Of a stretch of 64,000 nucleotides of DNA, positions 38,183-47,137 are shown piece by piece. The stretch is from Alphaproteobacteria bacterium UBA6149. Its GTDB lineage: Bacteria > Pseudomonadota > Alphaproteobacteria > Rickettsiales > UBA998. Location: NCBI GenBank assembly GCA_002423155.1, contig DIUV01000045.1:3276-67275 (forward strand), in the 5' to 3' direction. Each line of letters begins with the position of its first letter. Position 1 is the stretch's first letter. The notes below the pieces were generated by a model. It worked only from the letters and a program-made list of their open reading frames with translations, was not told the DNA's origin and ran no database searches. The position numbers and the translations under genes were made by a program.

Positions 38183-39892
38183 ATGAGCATCAACCTGCAT
38201 CTTCCCACCCAAGGTGAATCACTACGCCCGACCATCACTGTTATTGGTGTGGGTGGAGCTGGCGGTAACGCAGTGAACAATATGATTAGCTCTGGCTTAT
38301 CTGGTGTAGAATTTGTGGTTGCAAATACTGATGCGCAAGCGTTGGACAATGCCTTAACTGATCGCACTATTCAGCTAGGCGCTAGCCTGACACGTGGTTT
38401 GGGTGCGGGTGCAGATCCCGATATTGGCTCACGCGCAGCCGAGGAAGCTTTGGACGAAATCGCTGGCTTTATCCAAGGTAGTAATATGGTGTTTATTACT
38501 GCGGGTATGGGCGGTGGAACTGGCACCGGCGCAGCTCCCGTAGTGGCGCGAATGGCGCGTGAACAGGGAATTCTCACTGTGGGAGTGGTAACTAAGCCAT
38601 TCCAGTTTGAAGGCACCATGCGTATGCGCTTAGCTGAGCAAGGTTTGCGTGAGTTACAACAATATGTTGATACGCTTATTGTTATCCCCAATCAAAACTT
38701 ATTCCGCCTTGCTAATGAAAAAACCACTTTTGCCGAAGCGTTCCGCATGGCGGATGAAGTTTTGCATTCAGGCGTACGTGGTGTGACTGATTTGATGGTT
38801 AAACCGGGCTTGGTAAACTTGGATTTTGCTGATATTCGCACCGTAATGCGCGAAATGGGCAAAGCAATGATGGGCACTGGTGAAGCAACCGGACAAAAAC
38901 GCGCAATTGAAGCAGCGGAATCAGCTATATCTAATCCTTTGTTGGATGATGTATCTTTGAAGGGTGCGCGTGCGGTGTTAATTAACATCACTGGTGGACC
39001 AGATATGACCTTGTTTGAGGTGGATGAAGCCGCGAATCGTATTCGTGAGGAAGTTGATGCGGATGCTAATATTATCTTTGGTTCAACCTTTAACCCAGAG
39101 TTAGAGGGTTTAATGCGCGTTTCCGTAGTGGCAACGGGGATTGATGCTGCTAATATGGCGAATTTAAGCAACGCAAACACCAATAAAAACACAGAAACCC
39201 AAGCAGATAAGAAAAACGATGCTTCAAAGCGCCCCTTTAGCTATATGCCCATTCGTGGGCTAGACGCTAACCGTCGGGAAATGAAACCAAATGAGAGCAA
39301 TCAAGCAACTGAAAATACTCAAAAATCAAATGCTAACTTGCCGCGCGAAGAATATACTGCCCCAGAGGCGCAAAATAATTATGAGACGCAAATACAAGCA
39401 GCGGCACAAAATGCTGCATCTACTTCCGCAGCACAGAATTTTCATAATAATATACCTACGAATTTTCCAACCGAGCAGTTTTTTGCTGCTGAAGAAGCAC
39501 CAGAAAATAATTATGCCGATAATTCCCAAAATTCTGCGCAACAAAATACCCCGCAAACCCCAGGTCCGCTTTTTGTAAATCCTACCCCTGCACCAGCTCC
39601 GCATAACCCAGCTCCACGCGGTTATGAAACTTCTTACTCGCGCAACCGTGAGGAAAAATCCGCACCGGTATCTTCTTCTGCCAATAATGGGTTTGGATTA
39701 TTTAATAAATTAGCTGGCGTGGGTCGTGCCATTTCCGCAGCACGTGCACAAGATGAAGAAAAAGGACGTGGCAGTGCTCACGCAGTGGAAGTTTTTGATC
39801 GCCAACGAGTTGAAGCCACTGAGAATGTAAGCAATAAAGCAATGGAAGAAGATTATGACATCCCAGCTTTTTTGCGCCGACAAGCTAATTAG
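38183..39892 (+). CDS. ftsZ: Cell division GTPase FtsZ (long Q/N/P-rich linker)
   Basis: [37 protein letters not shown]. It has a low-complexity linker of about 220 aa and a conserved C-terminal peptide ([13 protein letters not shown]). Confidence 0.95.
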   Translation: MSINLHLPTQGESLRPTITVIGVGGAGGNAVNNMISSGLSGVEFVVANTDAQALDNALTDRTIQLGASLTRGLGAGADPDIGSRAAEEALDEIAGFIQGSNMVFITAGMGGGTGTGAAPVVARMAREQGILTVGVVTKPFQFEGTMRMRLAEQGLRELQQYVDTLIVIPNQNLFRLANEKTTFAEAFRMADEVLHSGVRGVTDLMVKPGLVNLDFADIRTVMREMGKAMMGTGEATGQKRAIEAAESAISNPLLDDVSLKGARAVLINITGGPDMTLFEVDEAANRIREEVDADANIIFGSTFNPELEGLMRVSVVATGIDAANMANLSNANTNKNTETQADKKNDASKRPFSYMPIRGLDANRREMKPNESNQATENTQKSNANLPREEYTAPEAQNNYETQIQAAAQNAASTSAAQNFHNNIPTNFPTEQFFAAEEAPENNYADNSQNSAQQNTPQTPGPLFVNPTPAPAPHNPAPRGYETSYSRNREEKSAPVSSSANNGFGLFNKLAGVGRAISAARAQDEEKGRGSAHAVEVFDRQRVEATENVSNKAMEEDYDIPAFLRRQAN

Positions 39893-39920
39893 TTAATTAC
39901 AGGCTGCTTAAACATTTTTT

Positions 39921-40166
39921 GAACTATAGAAAGCTCTGCGAAAGCGGAGCTCAGGGCAAAATGCTAGATTGTTAATTTGGTTGTTTTTGCTAAAATCATC
40001 TCCTTTGTCATGCCGCTGTAGAGCGGCATCCATGCCAAGCCATTGGCTTGATAGCTAGTTGATAGGCATGGATACCGTCCTTCGACGGTATGACAATGGA
40101 TAATTTAATAAAAAAAGAAAAATTAACGATTTAGCATTTCACCGTGAAGCAGAGATTTCTATAGTT
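39921..40166. repeat. Family-B long-form nested palindromic element (copy B4) with an extra outer inverted repeat
   Basis: The outermost inverted repeat is gaactatagaaagctctgc (39921-39939) against gcagagatttctatagtt (40149-40166). The inner arms and core are as in B3/B8/B9. Confidence 0.85.
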
Positions 40167-40226
40167 TTTTTGTTTTATGGGATCATTCTACTTTAAAATT
40201 CTCCACAAAATATTGGAATTGCTATA

Positions 40227-40429
40227 GGCTCGCTCGCACTACCCGACACTTTTTATTTTTTTTCGTGCTCTCCGTCGTCATCCCCGCCTTATGCGGGGAT
40301 CTAGGGCTACAAATTCGGTCTTTTTTGTGTCCCGAGATCCCCGCACAAGGCGGGGATGACAACCGAGTGTGTTGGTATTTAATAAACATTTTATAGCACA
40401 AAAAAAGTGTCGGGTAGTGTGAGGCTCGC
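40227..40429. repeat. Family-B variant nested palindrome (copy B5)
   Basis: The outer inverted repeat is gcactacccgacacttttt / aaaaagtgtcgggtagtg. The inner one is gtcgtcatccccgcc..ggggatct / agatccccgc..ggcggggatgacaac. It is preceded by a family-C fragment (ttggaattgctatagg, 40213-40229). Confidence 0.8.
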
Positions 40430-40522
40430 TAAGCGGTATTGTCTGATTACAATGATTTTATTTGCATTTATATACAACCTATGAAAGAATGAATAATCAA
40501 AATAACAATCAAGGATGGTAAT

Positions 40523-41017
40523 ATGTGCCCACAATATAATAGTGCAGCAAATATAGAATCCGTAAATTCACCATCAATATCTTTCAAATTTCGCACATTA
40601 GAAGATGTGCAAATAATATCTGAGCAAGTATCTAATCTATGCCCACACCCCTCTCAAGCAATTTTGGGGATTATAGAAATGATGTTAAATGCGGTTGAAC
40701 ATGGCAATCTTGGTATAGAATATTTTGAAAAAACTAAGCTCATGTTTGAAAATAATTGGCATAAAGAAATTGAAAAACGCTTAAAAATGCCACAAAACCT
40801 AGATAAATTTGCCACCATAAGTTTAGATAAAACTAAAACCCAAACCATAATCACCATAAAAGACCAAGGAAATGGCTTTGATTGGAAAAATTATCTGGAT
40901 ATATCCCCCGAAAGAATGGCAGACCCAAATGGTAAAGGCATTGCCATTAGCCGCATGTCTTTCAATGAAATAAAATATAATGACTGCGGAAATGAAGTTG
41001 TGTGCTTTATCGGTTAG
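40523..41017 (+). CDS. Stand-alone GHKL ATPase-domain protein, RsbW/SpoIIAB-like (anti-sigma-factor-type Ser kinase fold)
   Basis: N-box EMMLNAVEHGN, G1 KDQGNGFDW, G2 GKGIAISRM. 164 aa. There is no STAS or PP2C partner gene nearby. Confidence 0.6.
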   Translation: MCPQYNSAANIESVNSPSISFKFRTLEDVQIISEQVSNLCPHPSQAILGIIEMMLNAVEHGNLGIEYFEKTKLMFENNWHKEIEKRLKMPQNLDKFATISLDKTKTQTIITIKDQGNGFDWKNYLDISPERMADPNGKGIAISRMSFNEIKYNDCGNEVVCFIG

Positions 41018-41046
41018 TTTTTTTCATCGCCGCACAAAAAATCAGA

Positions 41047-41305
41047 GCAATTTCCACCCTACACGACAGTACCGTTAATATTACGAAGCTATTGAATGGT
41101 AAGTATTTATTTCTTAAAATCGCTCTCTCCGTCGTCATTCCTGCTGCGGCTAAGAATCTCTTTTTCCGCTTGTGAGTGCCTCGTTTAGGGCGAAAGAGAT
41201 TCTTAGCCGCAGCAGGAATGACGACGGAGAGAGCGAACTTTTTTATTGTATTTCAATATATAAATGCCTTGTTAATACTACTGTCGTGTAGGGTGAGCAA
41301 TTTCA
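41047..41305. repeat. Family-B variant nested palindrome (copy B6)
   Basis: The outer inverted repeat is caccctacacgacagta / tactgtcgtgtagggtg. The inner one is cgctctctccgtcgtcattcctgctgcggctaagaatctcttt / aaagagattcttagccgcagcaggaatgacgacggagagagcg. Confidence 0.8.
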
Positions 41306-41562
41306 CCAATTATTAAGATCTTAACTATTGTTTTTCTATACACAACAATGCCATCAATAACAGATCCATAATATTGATATATAATATTTTTTATGAAGAA
41401 TACATCCATCGTAATCCCGCCGCAGGGCGGGATCCAGGTTTAGCCACATACTGCGTATTCGTGGTTAGGCATGGATCCCGCCCTGCGGCGGGATGACAAC
41501 GTCTTGTTCTATAACAATACTAAAAAACAATAGTTAAAATTTTAATAATTGGTGAAATTTCC
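41297..41562. repeat. Family-B nested palindrome (copy B7), abutting B6
   Basis: The outer inverted repeat is gcaatttcaccaattattaagatcttaactattgttttt / aaaaacaatagttaaaattttaataattggtgaaattt. The core is cgtaatcccgccgcagggcgggatcc / ggatcccgccctgcggcgggatgacaacg. Confidence 0.8.
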
Positions 41563-41749
41563 CTGCACAAAAAATATCTTGACATTTCTTAAGCAAGTAT
41601 TAAGAAGAGGTTGTTACTTTCCTTTTTTGTCAGGTTCATTAGAATTTTACGGATTAGGCTAAGCTGACTTAAGGCACACATAGATGTGGGCTGGATGTTT
41701 GCAAGGATAGCTTCAAAATTTAATTTTTTAAAATTTCGGAGTTCCAATC

Positions 41750-42163
41750 ATGAAAAAAAATATAGTAGCTATACTGTTATTGTTATCTGCATCTTTTGTA
41801 GCGTCCGCCGATGCAACTTGGGCGACTAAAGCCCCTGACATTGACGTGGATCTTCCTACGACGAGAGCAGAACAACTGGTAGCATCGACCCCTTACGTTT
41901 CGGCGGCGGGAAAAACGATTACTATCACCGATGCTGCTGGAAAAAAACGCCTTGCGCGTGTATTGTTTCGCTGTTCTTGGTCAGTTCGCAACGGCAGGGT
42001 TTTACATGACGGTGTCACTTGCGTAACCGATCAAGTACAACCTGATTTTGCCTTCGTTCCAAAAGTGAGCGGCAAAACGGTTGCACTGCGCTTCACTCCG
42101 CATCTTGCTGCGGTTTTATCAGCAATTACGGCAACAGCTGAAGGTGTTTTCTCTAAGCTCTAA
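41750..42163 (+). CDS. Hypothetical secreted protein
   Basis: The signal peptide is MKKNIVAILLLLSASFVASADA. I recognise no family. By eye it is richer in G+C than its neighbours. Confidence 0.5.
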   Translation: MKKNIVAILLLLSASFVASADATWATKAPDIDVDLPTTRAEQLVASTPYVSAAGKTITITDAAGKKRLARVLFRCSWSVRNGRVLHDGVTCVTDQVQPDFAFVPKVSGKTVALRFTPHLAAVLSAITATAEGVFSKL

Positions 42164-42178
42164 GCTTTAGGGTGGGTC

Positions 42179-42212
42179 TGGGCGCTCCCTCGTTTTTACG
42201 AGTGGGCGCCCA
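42179..42212 (+). terminator. Imperfect hairpin after the secreted-protein gene
   Basis: tgggcgc-tcc-ctcgt-tttt-acgag-tgg-gcgccca, followed by ttctttt. Confidence 0.4.
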
Positions 42213-42340
42213 TTCTTTTAACCAGCAACAAAAAATAAAAAATTCCCCTTGTCCAACATTCCTGTCATAATTCTGTCACTCATAAATGCTACCTGCTTGC
42301 CTACAAATAAAAAAAAACATAAAAATAAAAAACGGTACAC

Positions 42341-43330
42341 ATGAAAAAATACCATTATTTAGTAACGGGGGGTGCAGGGTTTATTGGGTCGCATCTGGTG
42401 CGTATTTTGCTGAAATCTGGCTGTCAGGTTACGGTTTTGGATGATCTTTCTACAGGAAAATCCGAGAATGTGCCAGCGCAAGCGCGTTTGATCGTGGGGG
42501 ATACGGCGCAGGCGAATATTTTTGATAATTTATTGAAAAATATTGATGGGATCTTTCACCTCGCGGCGATTGCCTCGGTTGAGCGCTCGCAGTTAGAGGG
42601 ATTTCGTGCACATCAGGTGAATTTGGGGAGCATGGTTAATTTGCTAGACTCCATCCAGCGCAGCCGCCGCACTATCCCGGTGGTTTATGCTTCCTCCGCT
42701 GCTGTTTATGGTAATAATACTGAAAAACCTATTTCAGAAAACACGCCCACTGCACCGCTTTCGGCCTATGGGGCGGATAAATTAGGTTGTGAATTTCATG
42801 CGCGGATTGCCTCGCATCTGCATCTTACTCCCACAATTGGGCTACGCTTATTCAATGTTTATGGACCGGGGCAAGACCCTTCCTCGCCTTACTCGGGGGT
42901 TATATCCTTGGTGGGCAAACGCATAACTAATGGTGAGGCAGTTAATATTTATGGCGATGGCAAACAATCGCGCGATTTTGTGTTTGTGGGAGAAGTGGCG
43001 GATAGTTTTTATCGGGCGATGAATTTATTACATGGTGAGCAGACCCGTTTTGGCATTTTGAATGTTTGTACAGGCAAATCTACCTCTATATTAGAACTTA
43101 CCGCTTTGATTGCGGATATTGCTGGGGTTCAGGCGCAGATTTGCCATCTGGCACCACGCGCAGGGGATATTCGCTTTTCTCAAGGGGATGCTAGTTTGCT
43201 TAAAAAAATGCTCGGACGTGCTCCCTCTATGCCCTTGGCAAATGGTTTGAACTTTACTTTATCTAGTTTTTCGGAATTTTTATTGCCCAATTTTAATAAA
43301 AAGCTTGGAAATCAATTAAACTTCGGTTAA
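42341..43330 (+). CDS. NAD-dependent extended-SDR sugar-nucleotide 4-epimerase (PelX-like position at the head of the pel locus)
   Basis: VTGGAGFIGSHLV Rossmann motif, a catalytic YxxxK (SAYGADKL), and the SSAAVYG pattern. It ends 9 nt before the pelB-like gene. Confidence 0.8.
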   Translation: MKKYHYLVTGGAGFIGSHLVRILLKSGCQVTVLDDLSTGKSENVPAQARLIVGDTAQANIFDNLLKNIDGIFHLAAIASVERSQLEGFRAHQVNLGSMVNLLDSIQRSRRTIPVVYASSAAVYGNNTEKPISENTPTAPLSAYGADKLGCEFHARIASHLHLTPTIGLRLFNVYGPGQDPSSPYSGVISLVGKRITNGEAVNIYGDGKQSRDFVFVGEVADSFYRAMNLLHGEQTRFGILNVCTGKSTSILELTALIADIAGVQAQICHLAPRAGDIRFSQGDASLLKKMLGRAPSMPLANGLNFTLSSFSEFLLPNFNKKLGNQLNFG

Positions 43331-43339
43331 CAACCCCTT

Positions 43340-45781
43340 ATGAAAACTTCGCATTGGATAATATTTGGCACAACTGCCGTAGCAGCTGTTGCGGTTAGTG
43401 CACTATTAATACCCAGTGCGCAGGACTCCGCGCGTATAAATTTACGTGGGGGCAATACAGAAAAAGCGCGCACTCAATTAGAAGCGGAGCTTGCTCAATC
43501 AGGTGAATTAACCACCGCATTAGCGCGTGATTTATCCGAAGTTTACCTACAAGAAAATAATATAGAAAAAGCCGTTTATGTGATGGATAGTTTTGTAAAA
43601 AAACATCCCCAAGATAAGCAAGCCACAGAAAGATTGGCGAGTCTTCAGACTATGCTGCCAAAGCCAGCAGCAGAACCAACGCCATTATTACCTGCCGCAG
43701 AGCCAGCTAAATTAGCAGAAATTGCTCCCCTGCCCTCGCTCCCTCCCATTGAGGTTAAAAATAATATTCCTGCGGTAACTAATATAGTACCAACGGCGCA
43801 GCCAGTTAAACTTACCCCTCTAAAAAACAAAACAAAGCCCAACAACAACTTACCAAAAAAACCTGATTATAATTCACTAGCCTATCAGATGTTAGAGCAT
43901 GGTGATAAAAATAAAGCGGTTGCCATGTTTGAAGTAATGGCAAAAGGTTCACAACCTGGTAGTGCAAAAATCAAACAACTATTATTTGCCGTAGCCCAAC
44001 TACCTTCCGCGCAGGCAATCAGCTGGATTGAAGCACGCCCATTATTGCTAAAAGATAAAGGCGTTCGCGATTGGTATGCAGAGCAACTAGGCAAAAGCCC
44101 AGATTTCCCTGAACATTTCTCCAAGCTTTTACCCAAAGCAAAAGCCGATAAAAATTATGCGGCAATTCTTGCTAGGGCCGCAAATTCAGGCGGATATGAC
44201 AAACAATCCGCGCAAATATTGGACATACAAGCTAAGTTAGAGCCAGAAAATCCACTTCCTTTGCGCCAATTAGCGATGAATGCCTGGCAGATTGGCGATT
44301 ACACAGCAGCGAAAATATATTTAGAAGAAGCAGTGCACTCAAAAGGAAGCGACCCTGAGAAATGGCGGAGTTTTTTCTATCTTGCTGAAATTTATCGAAG
44401 AGAAGGTGCAGGTAAAGATACGGATTACTATCAAAAATCTTTACAGGAAATTAAGCCTATTAGCACAATAACTGCTGATGTGGTTTCTGCCAAAGCGCGT
44501 TCTTTATTATGGATAGGTGAAGCTAGTGCAGGCATAAAAATCTTTGATGAAGGATTAAAACAATTCCCCAAAGACGAAAATCTCCGCGCAGATTATATTG
44601 CGACGCTGATAGAATTGAAACAATATAAACCTGCCATCGCATTATTTCCGCAGGAAATATCGGCGGATGTAAATATGCAAATACGTTACAAATTATTAGG
44701 CGCACGCATTGCTTTAGAAACAGGGCATGCACAAGATGCTACGGATAGACTCACCGAATTAGAGGCAGAAACTAATTATAGAAATTCCGAAGTAATGGGT
44801 TATGCCGCCAGCGCTGCCTGGTATGTGGGCAATAGTGAAAACGCATTACGCAAAATTGCCCAAGCAAAAGCCTTGGCTTTGCATAATGAAGACATCAGCA
44901 AATTAGCGCGAGATATAGAGCGCAATACTGCACCACATGTTTTGGCAGATGAAGAATGGATAAATCGTTCGGGTGGCGTGCAAGAGCGTGTGGATACAAT
45001 AGGATTTAGTGCCGCCATTAATGACAAAATAGATGTGGGCGTCACTGGACAAAACCGCTTGATTGACACCAGAGAGCGCAAAAAACAGAACCAACAATCA
45101 GCTGAAATTTATGGACAAATCATGCTGAATGATGAAAGATGGTTACGCGCTGCGCTTTATGCGAATGAGCGTACTTTAGGCGCAGGACTAGATTATAATT
45201 TCTTAAATAGTCTGGGTACGACTAAAATTACGGCTGAATTGCGCCGCCCGTATTTTGAGCTGCCACAGGCAAGTTTGCAAAATATCACCCGGGATAGAAT
45301 TGCCCTCACCCAGCGATGGCAGCCTTCTAATGATTGGGATATAAAAGGCAGTGTGGGGCTGAATAATTATGGCATAGATGACGAAGATAATGCTTATAGC
45401 GCTACTTCAGTGGATGCTTCAATCGTGCGGCGCATATTTGATTCTCCTTATGTGGGAATTGGTTATGGCTTAAACGCTGAATATAAAGCCCATAAAGCAA
45501 AAAAAGCCGATGGCACGCCGCAAGTTAATTTACAAACCAGAGAAATCCATGCAGTGGCACTTAGCAGTAGCTACGAGATAAACCAAAATCTACTGGCAGA
45601 AGGTTTAGCAGGTTATGCAGTAGATAGATTTGGCGGTAATGGACCATTGGTGGAAGGAAAACTCACCCACACAATAGCAGAAAATTGGGACATCAGCACC
45701 CATGCAGGTTACGGGTTTGATAATAATAATGGCGGTGGAGATGTTGCCCGTTTTGGCATTTCTTTACGGCGTAGATTTTAG
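43340..45781 (+). CDS. pelB: PelB-like outer-membrane export protein (N-terminal anchor, Pro-rich linker, TPR-like repeats, C-terminal beta-barrel)
   Basis: 813 aa with an N-terminal TM/signal segment and helical repeat regions. The C-terminal third is rich in alternating beta-strand patterns and ends FGISLRRRF (an OMP-type terminal Phe). It occupies the position directly upstream of pelD. Confidence 0.65.
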   Translation: MKTSHWIIFGTTAVAAVAVSALLIPSAQDSARINLRGGNTEKARTQLEAELAQSGELTTALARDLSEVYLQENNIEKAVYVMDSFVKKHPQDKQATERLASLQTMLPKPAAEPTPLLPAAEPAKLAEIAPLPSLPPIEVKNNIPAVTNIVPTAQPVKLTPLKNKTKPNNNLPKKPDYNSLAYQMLEHGDKNKAVAMFEVMAKGSQPGSAKIKQLLFAVAQLPSAQAISWIEARPLLLKDKGVRDWYAEQLGKSPDFPEHFSKLLPKAKADKNYAAILARAANSGGYDKQSAQILDIQAKLEPENPLPLRQLAMNAWQIGDYTAAKIYLEEAVHSKGSDPEKWRSFFYLAEIYRREGAGKDTDYYQKSLQEIKPISTITADVVSAKARSLLWIGEASAGIKIFDEGLKQFPKDENLRADYIATLIELKQYKPAIALFPQEISADVNMQIRYKLLGARIALETGHAQDATDRLTELEAETNYRNSEVMGYAASAAWYVGNSENALRKIAQAKALALHNEDISKLARDIERNTAPHVLADEEWINRSGGVQERVDTIGFSAAINDKIDVGVTGQNRLIDTRERKKQNQQSAEIYGQIMLNDERWLRAALYANERTLGAGLDYNFLNSLGTTKITAELRRPYFELPQASLQNITRDRIALTQRWQPSNDWDIKGSVGLNNYGIDDEDNAYSATSVDASIVRRIFDSPYVGIGYGLNAEYKAHKAKKADGTPQVNLQTREIHAVALSSSYEINQNLLAEGLAGYAVDRFGGNGPLVEGKLTHTIAENWDISTHAGYGFDNNNGGGDVARFGISLRRRF

Positions 45782-45793
45782 GGATAAATAAAT

Positions 45794-47137
45794 ATGCAGC
45801 CTGATAAAAAAACTTGGGATAGAAAAACTTGGTTAGGCATACGCGTAGTTGCTTTTGCAGAAATCGCTATCTTACTGGCATTTATACTTATAATCGCTAT
45901 GTTTGCTGGCGATACAGAGCGGTTTCGCAATGTTAATCCGCATCCATTTTGGCTAGTTATATTACTACCTGCTTGTCAATATGGTACGCGTGAAGGGGTT
46001 TTGGCAACTATTGCCGCATCTTTTGCCTTATTATTAGGCAACTTACCCCCCGAAAATATTACCCAAGATCATTATAGCTGGTGGTTAGGTGTATGGAAAT
46101 TGCCGATATTATGGTTAGGCACGGCGGTTATTTTAGGTGAGTTGCGCCAGCGTCATCGTCGGGAAAATGACCGTTTAGTTACTCAATGCCATGAAGCAAA
46201 TATGCGCGAGAATAACATTGCCGAGGCTTATGCCAAAGTACGCAGCAGCAAGGAAGAATTAGAATTACGCATCAGCGGAAAATTACGCTCCGGCTTAGCC
46301 GCGTGGCAAGCTTCTAAAAGGTTGGAATCACTAGACAAATCCGAGATAATTGCCGGGGCAGCAGATTTAATCAGCGCAGTATTATCTGCGGAGAGTTTTT
46401 CTATTTATACGATTGAAAATGGCAAACCATTTTTAGCTTATGCGCATGGTGAATTATCAAACGGCAATTTAGACAAACCAGATTTTCATTTTGGCAGTCA
46501 GCTCTATAATGCCTTATTGGCAGAAACTCAGCCATTATGTGTTATCAATCCTGACCATGAATTATTATTGTCTGGCAAAGCGGTATTGGCAGGAGTATTG
46601 CGCGATAAAGTTACTAATACTGCGATGGGTTTTTTATTGATTGATAAACTGCCCTTTAGCGAACTACATTTTTCGGGTATTGCTAGTTTTTCTGCGCTTT
46701 GTGAATGGGTGGGTACTTCTTTGTCCGCTACGCAAAAATATAAAGATGTGCGGGAAACCAGTATATTAAATCCTGACCATCAATGTTATAGCAATGGTTA
46801 TTATACTCGTTATGTTGATTATATTGAGTCACTGGCTAAACGCCTGAATTTTGATGTAACCCGCATCAACGCCGCTTTGAAAAACCCCGAAAATTTATCC
46901 TCGCATGAGCAAGCAAATGCTGCCCGTTCACTTGGTGCAAGTGTGGATGAAGTGTTGCGGCAAGTAGATTTAGCATTTGATTATCGCAAAGATGGTAGTG
47001 ACATCGCGGTTATTTTGCCTGCTACCAGCCTTAATCAGGCGCAATTGGTAATTAGCAAGCTCGAAGCCGCTTTGACTAATCGTGGGGTGGACAAAAAATT
47101 ATTTAATTTTACGGTGCAGGCAATCCATGCAGCGTAA
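45794..47137 (+). CDS. pelD: PelD-like c-di-GMP receptor (4 TM, GAF-like, degenerate GGDEF-like domain)
   Basis: 447 aa with four N-terminal TM helices, a central GAF-like region, and a C-terminal region that has RQVD (RxxD, 46958-46969) but no GG(D/E)EF. Its position and size match PelD. Confidence 0.72.
   Translation: MQPDKKTWDRKTWLGIRVVAFAEIAILLAFILIIAMFAGDTERFRNVNPHPFWLVILLPACQYGTREGVLATIAASFALLLGNLPPENITQDHYSWWLGVWKLPILWLGTAVILGELRQRHRRENDRLVTQCHEANMRENNIAEAYAKVRSSKEELELRISGKLRSGLAAWQASKRLESLDKSEIIAGAADLISAVLSAESFSIYTIENGKPFLAYAHGELSNGNLDKPDFHFGSQLYNALLAETQPLCVINPDHELLLSGKAVLAGVLRDKVTNTAMGFLLIDKLPFSELHFSGIASFSALCEWVGTSLSATQKYKDVRETSILNPDHQCYSNGYYTRYVDYIESLAKRLNFDVTRINAALKNPENLSSHEQANAARSLGASVDEVLRQVDLAFDYRKDGSDIAVILPATSLNQAQLVISKLEAALTNRGVDKKLFNFTVQAIHAA

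Noticed and set aside
38371-39192. Two ORFs of 100-170 codons antisense to ftsZ, and similar antisense ORFs inside pilB, glnE, the AsmA-like gene, pelB and pelF.
   Set aside because: Each lies entirely within a strongly supported gene on the other strand and has no recognisable motif. These are typical shadow ORFs.
39921-41562. Considered whether the dense repeats between ftsZ and the pel locus are a CRISPR array.
   Set aside because: The repeats occur as inverted (palindromic) pairs of about 190-260 bp, not as short direct repeats with regular 30-40-bp spacers. There are no cas genes.
41579-41607. A TTGACA hexamer upstream of the secreted-protein gene as a promoter -35 box.
   Set aside because: No acceptable -10 hexamer lies at a spacing of 16-18 nt (the best is taagaa or aagaag), and the site lies 170 nt from the start codon.
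41750-42163. The small secreted protein upstream of the pel genes as a possible PelC substitute.
   Set aside because: PelC is a lipoprotein, but this protein has an AxA-type signal peptide with no lipobox Cys. It also has its own hairpin terminator before the epimerase gene. I can cite no sequence similarity.
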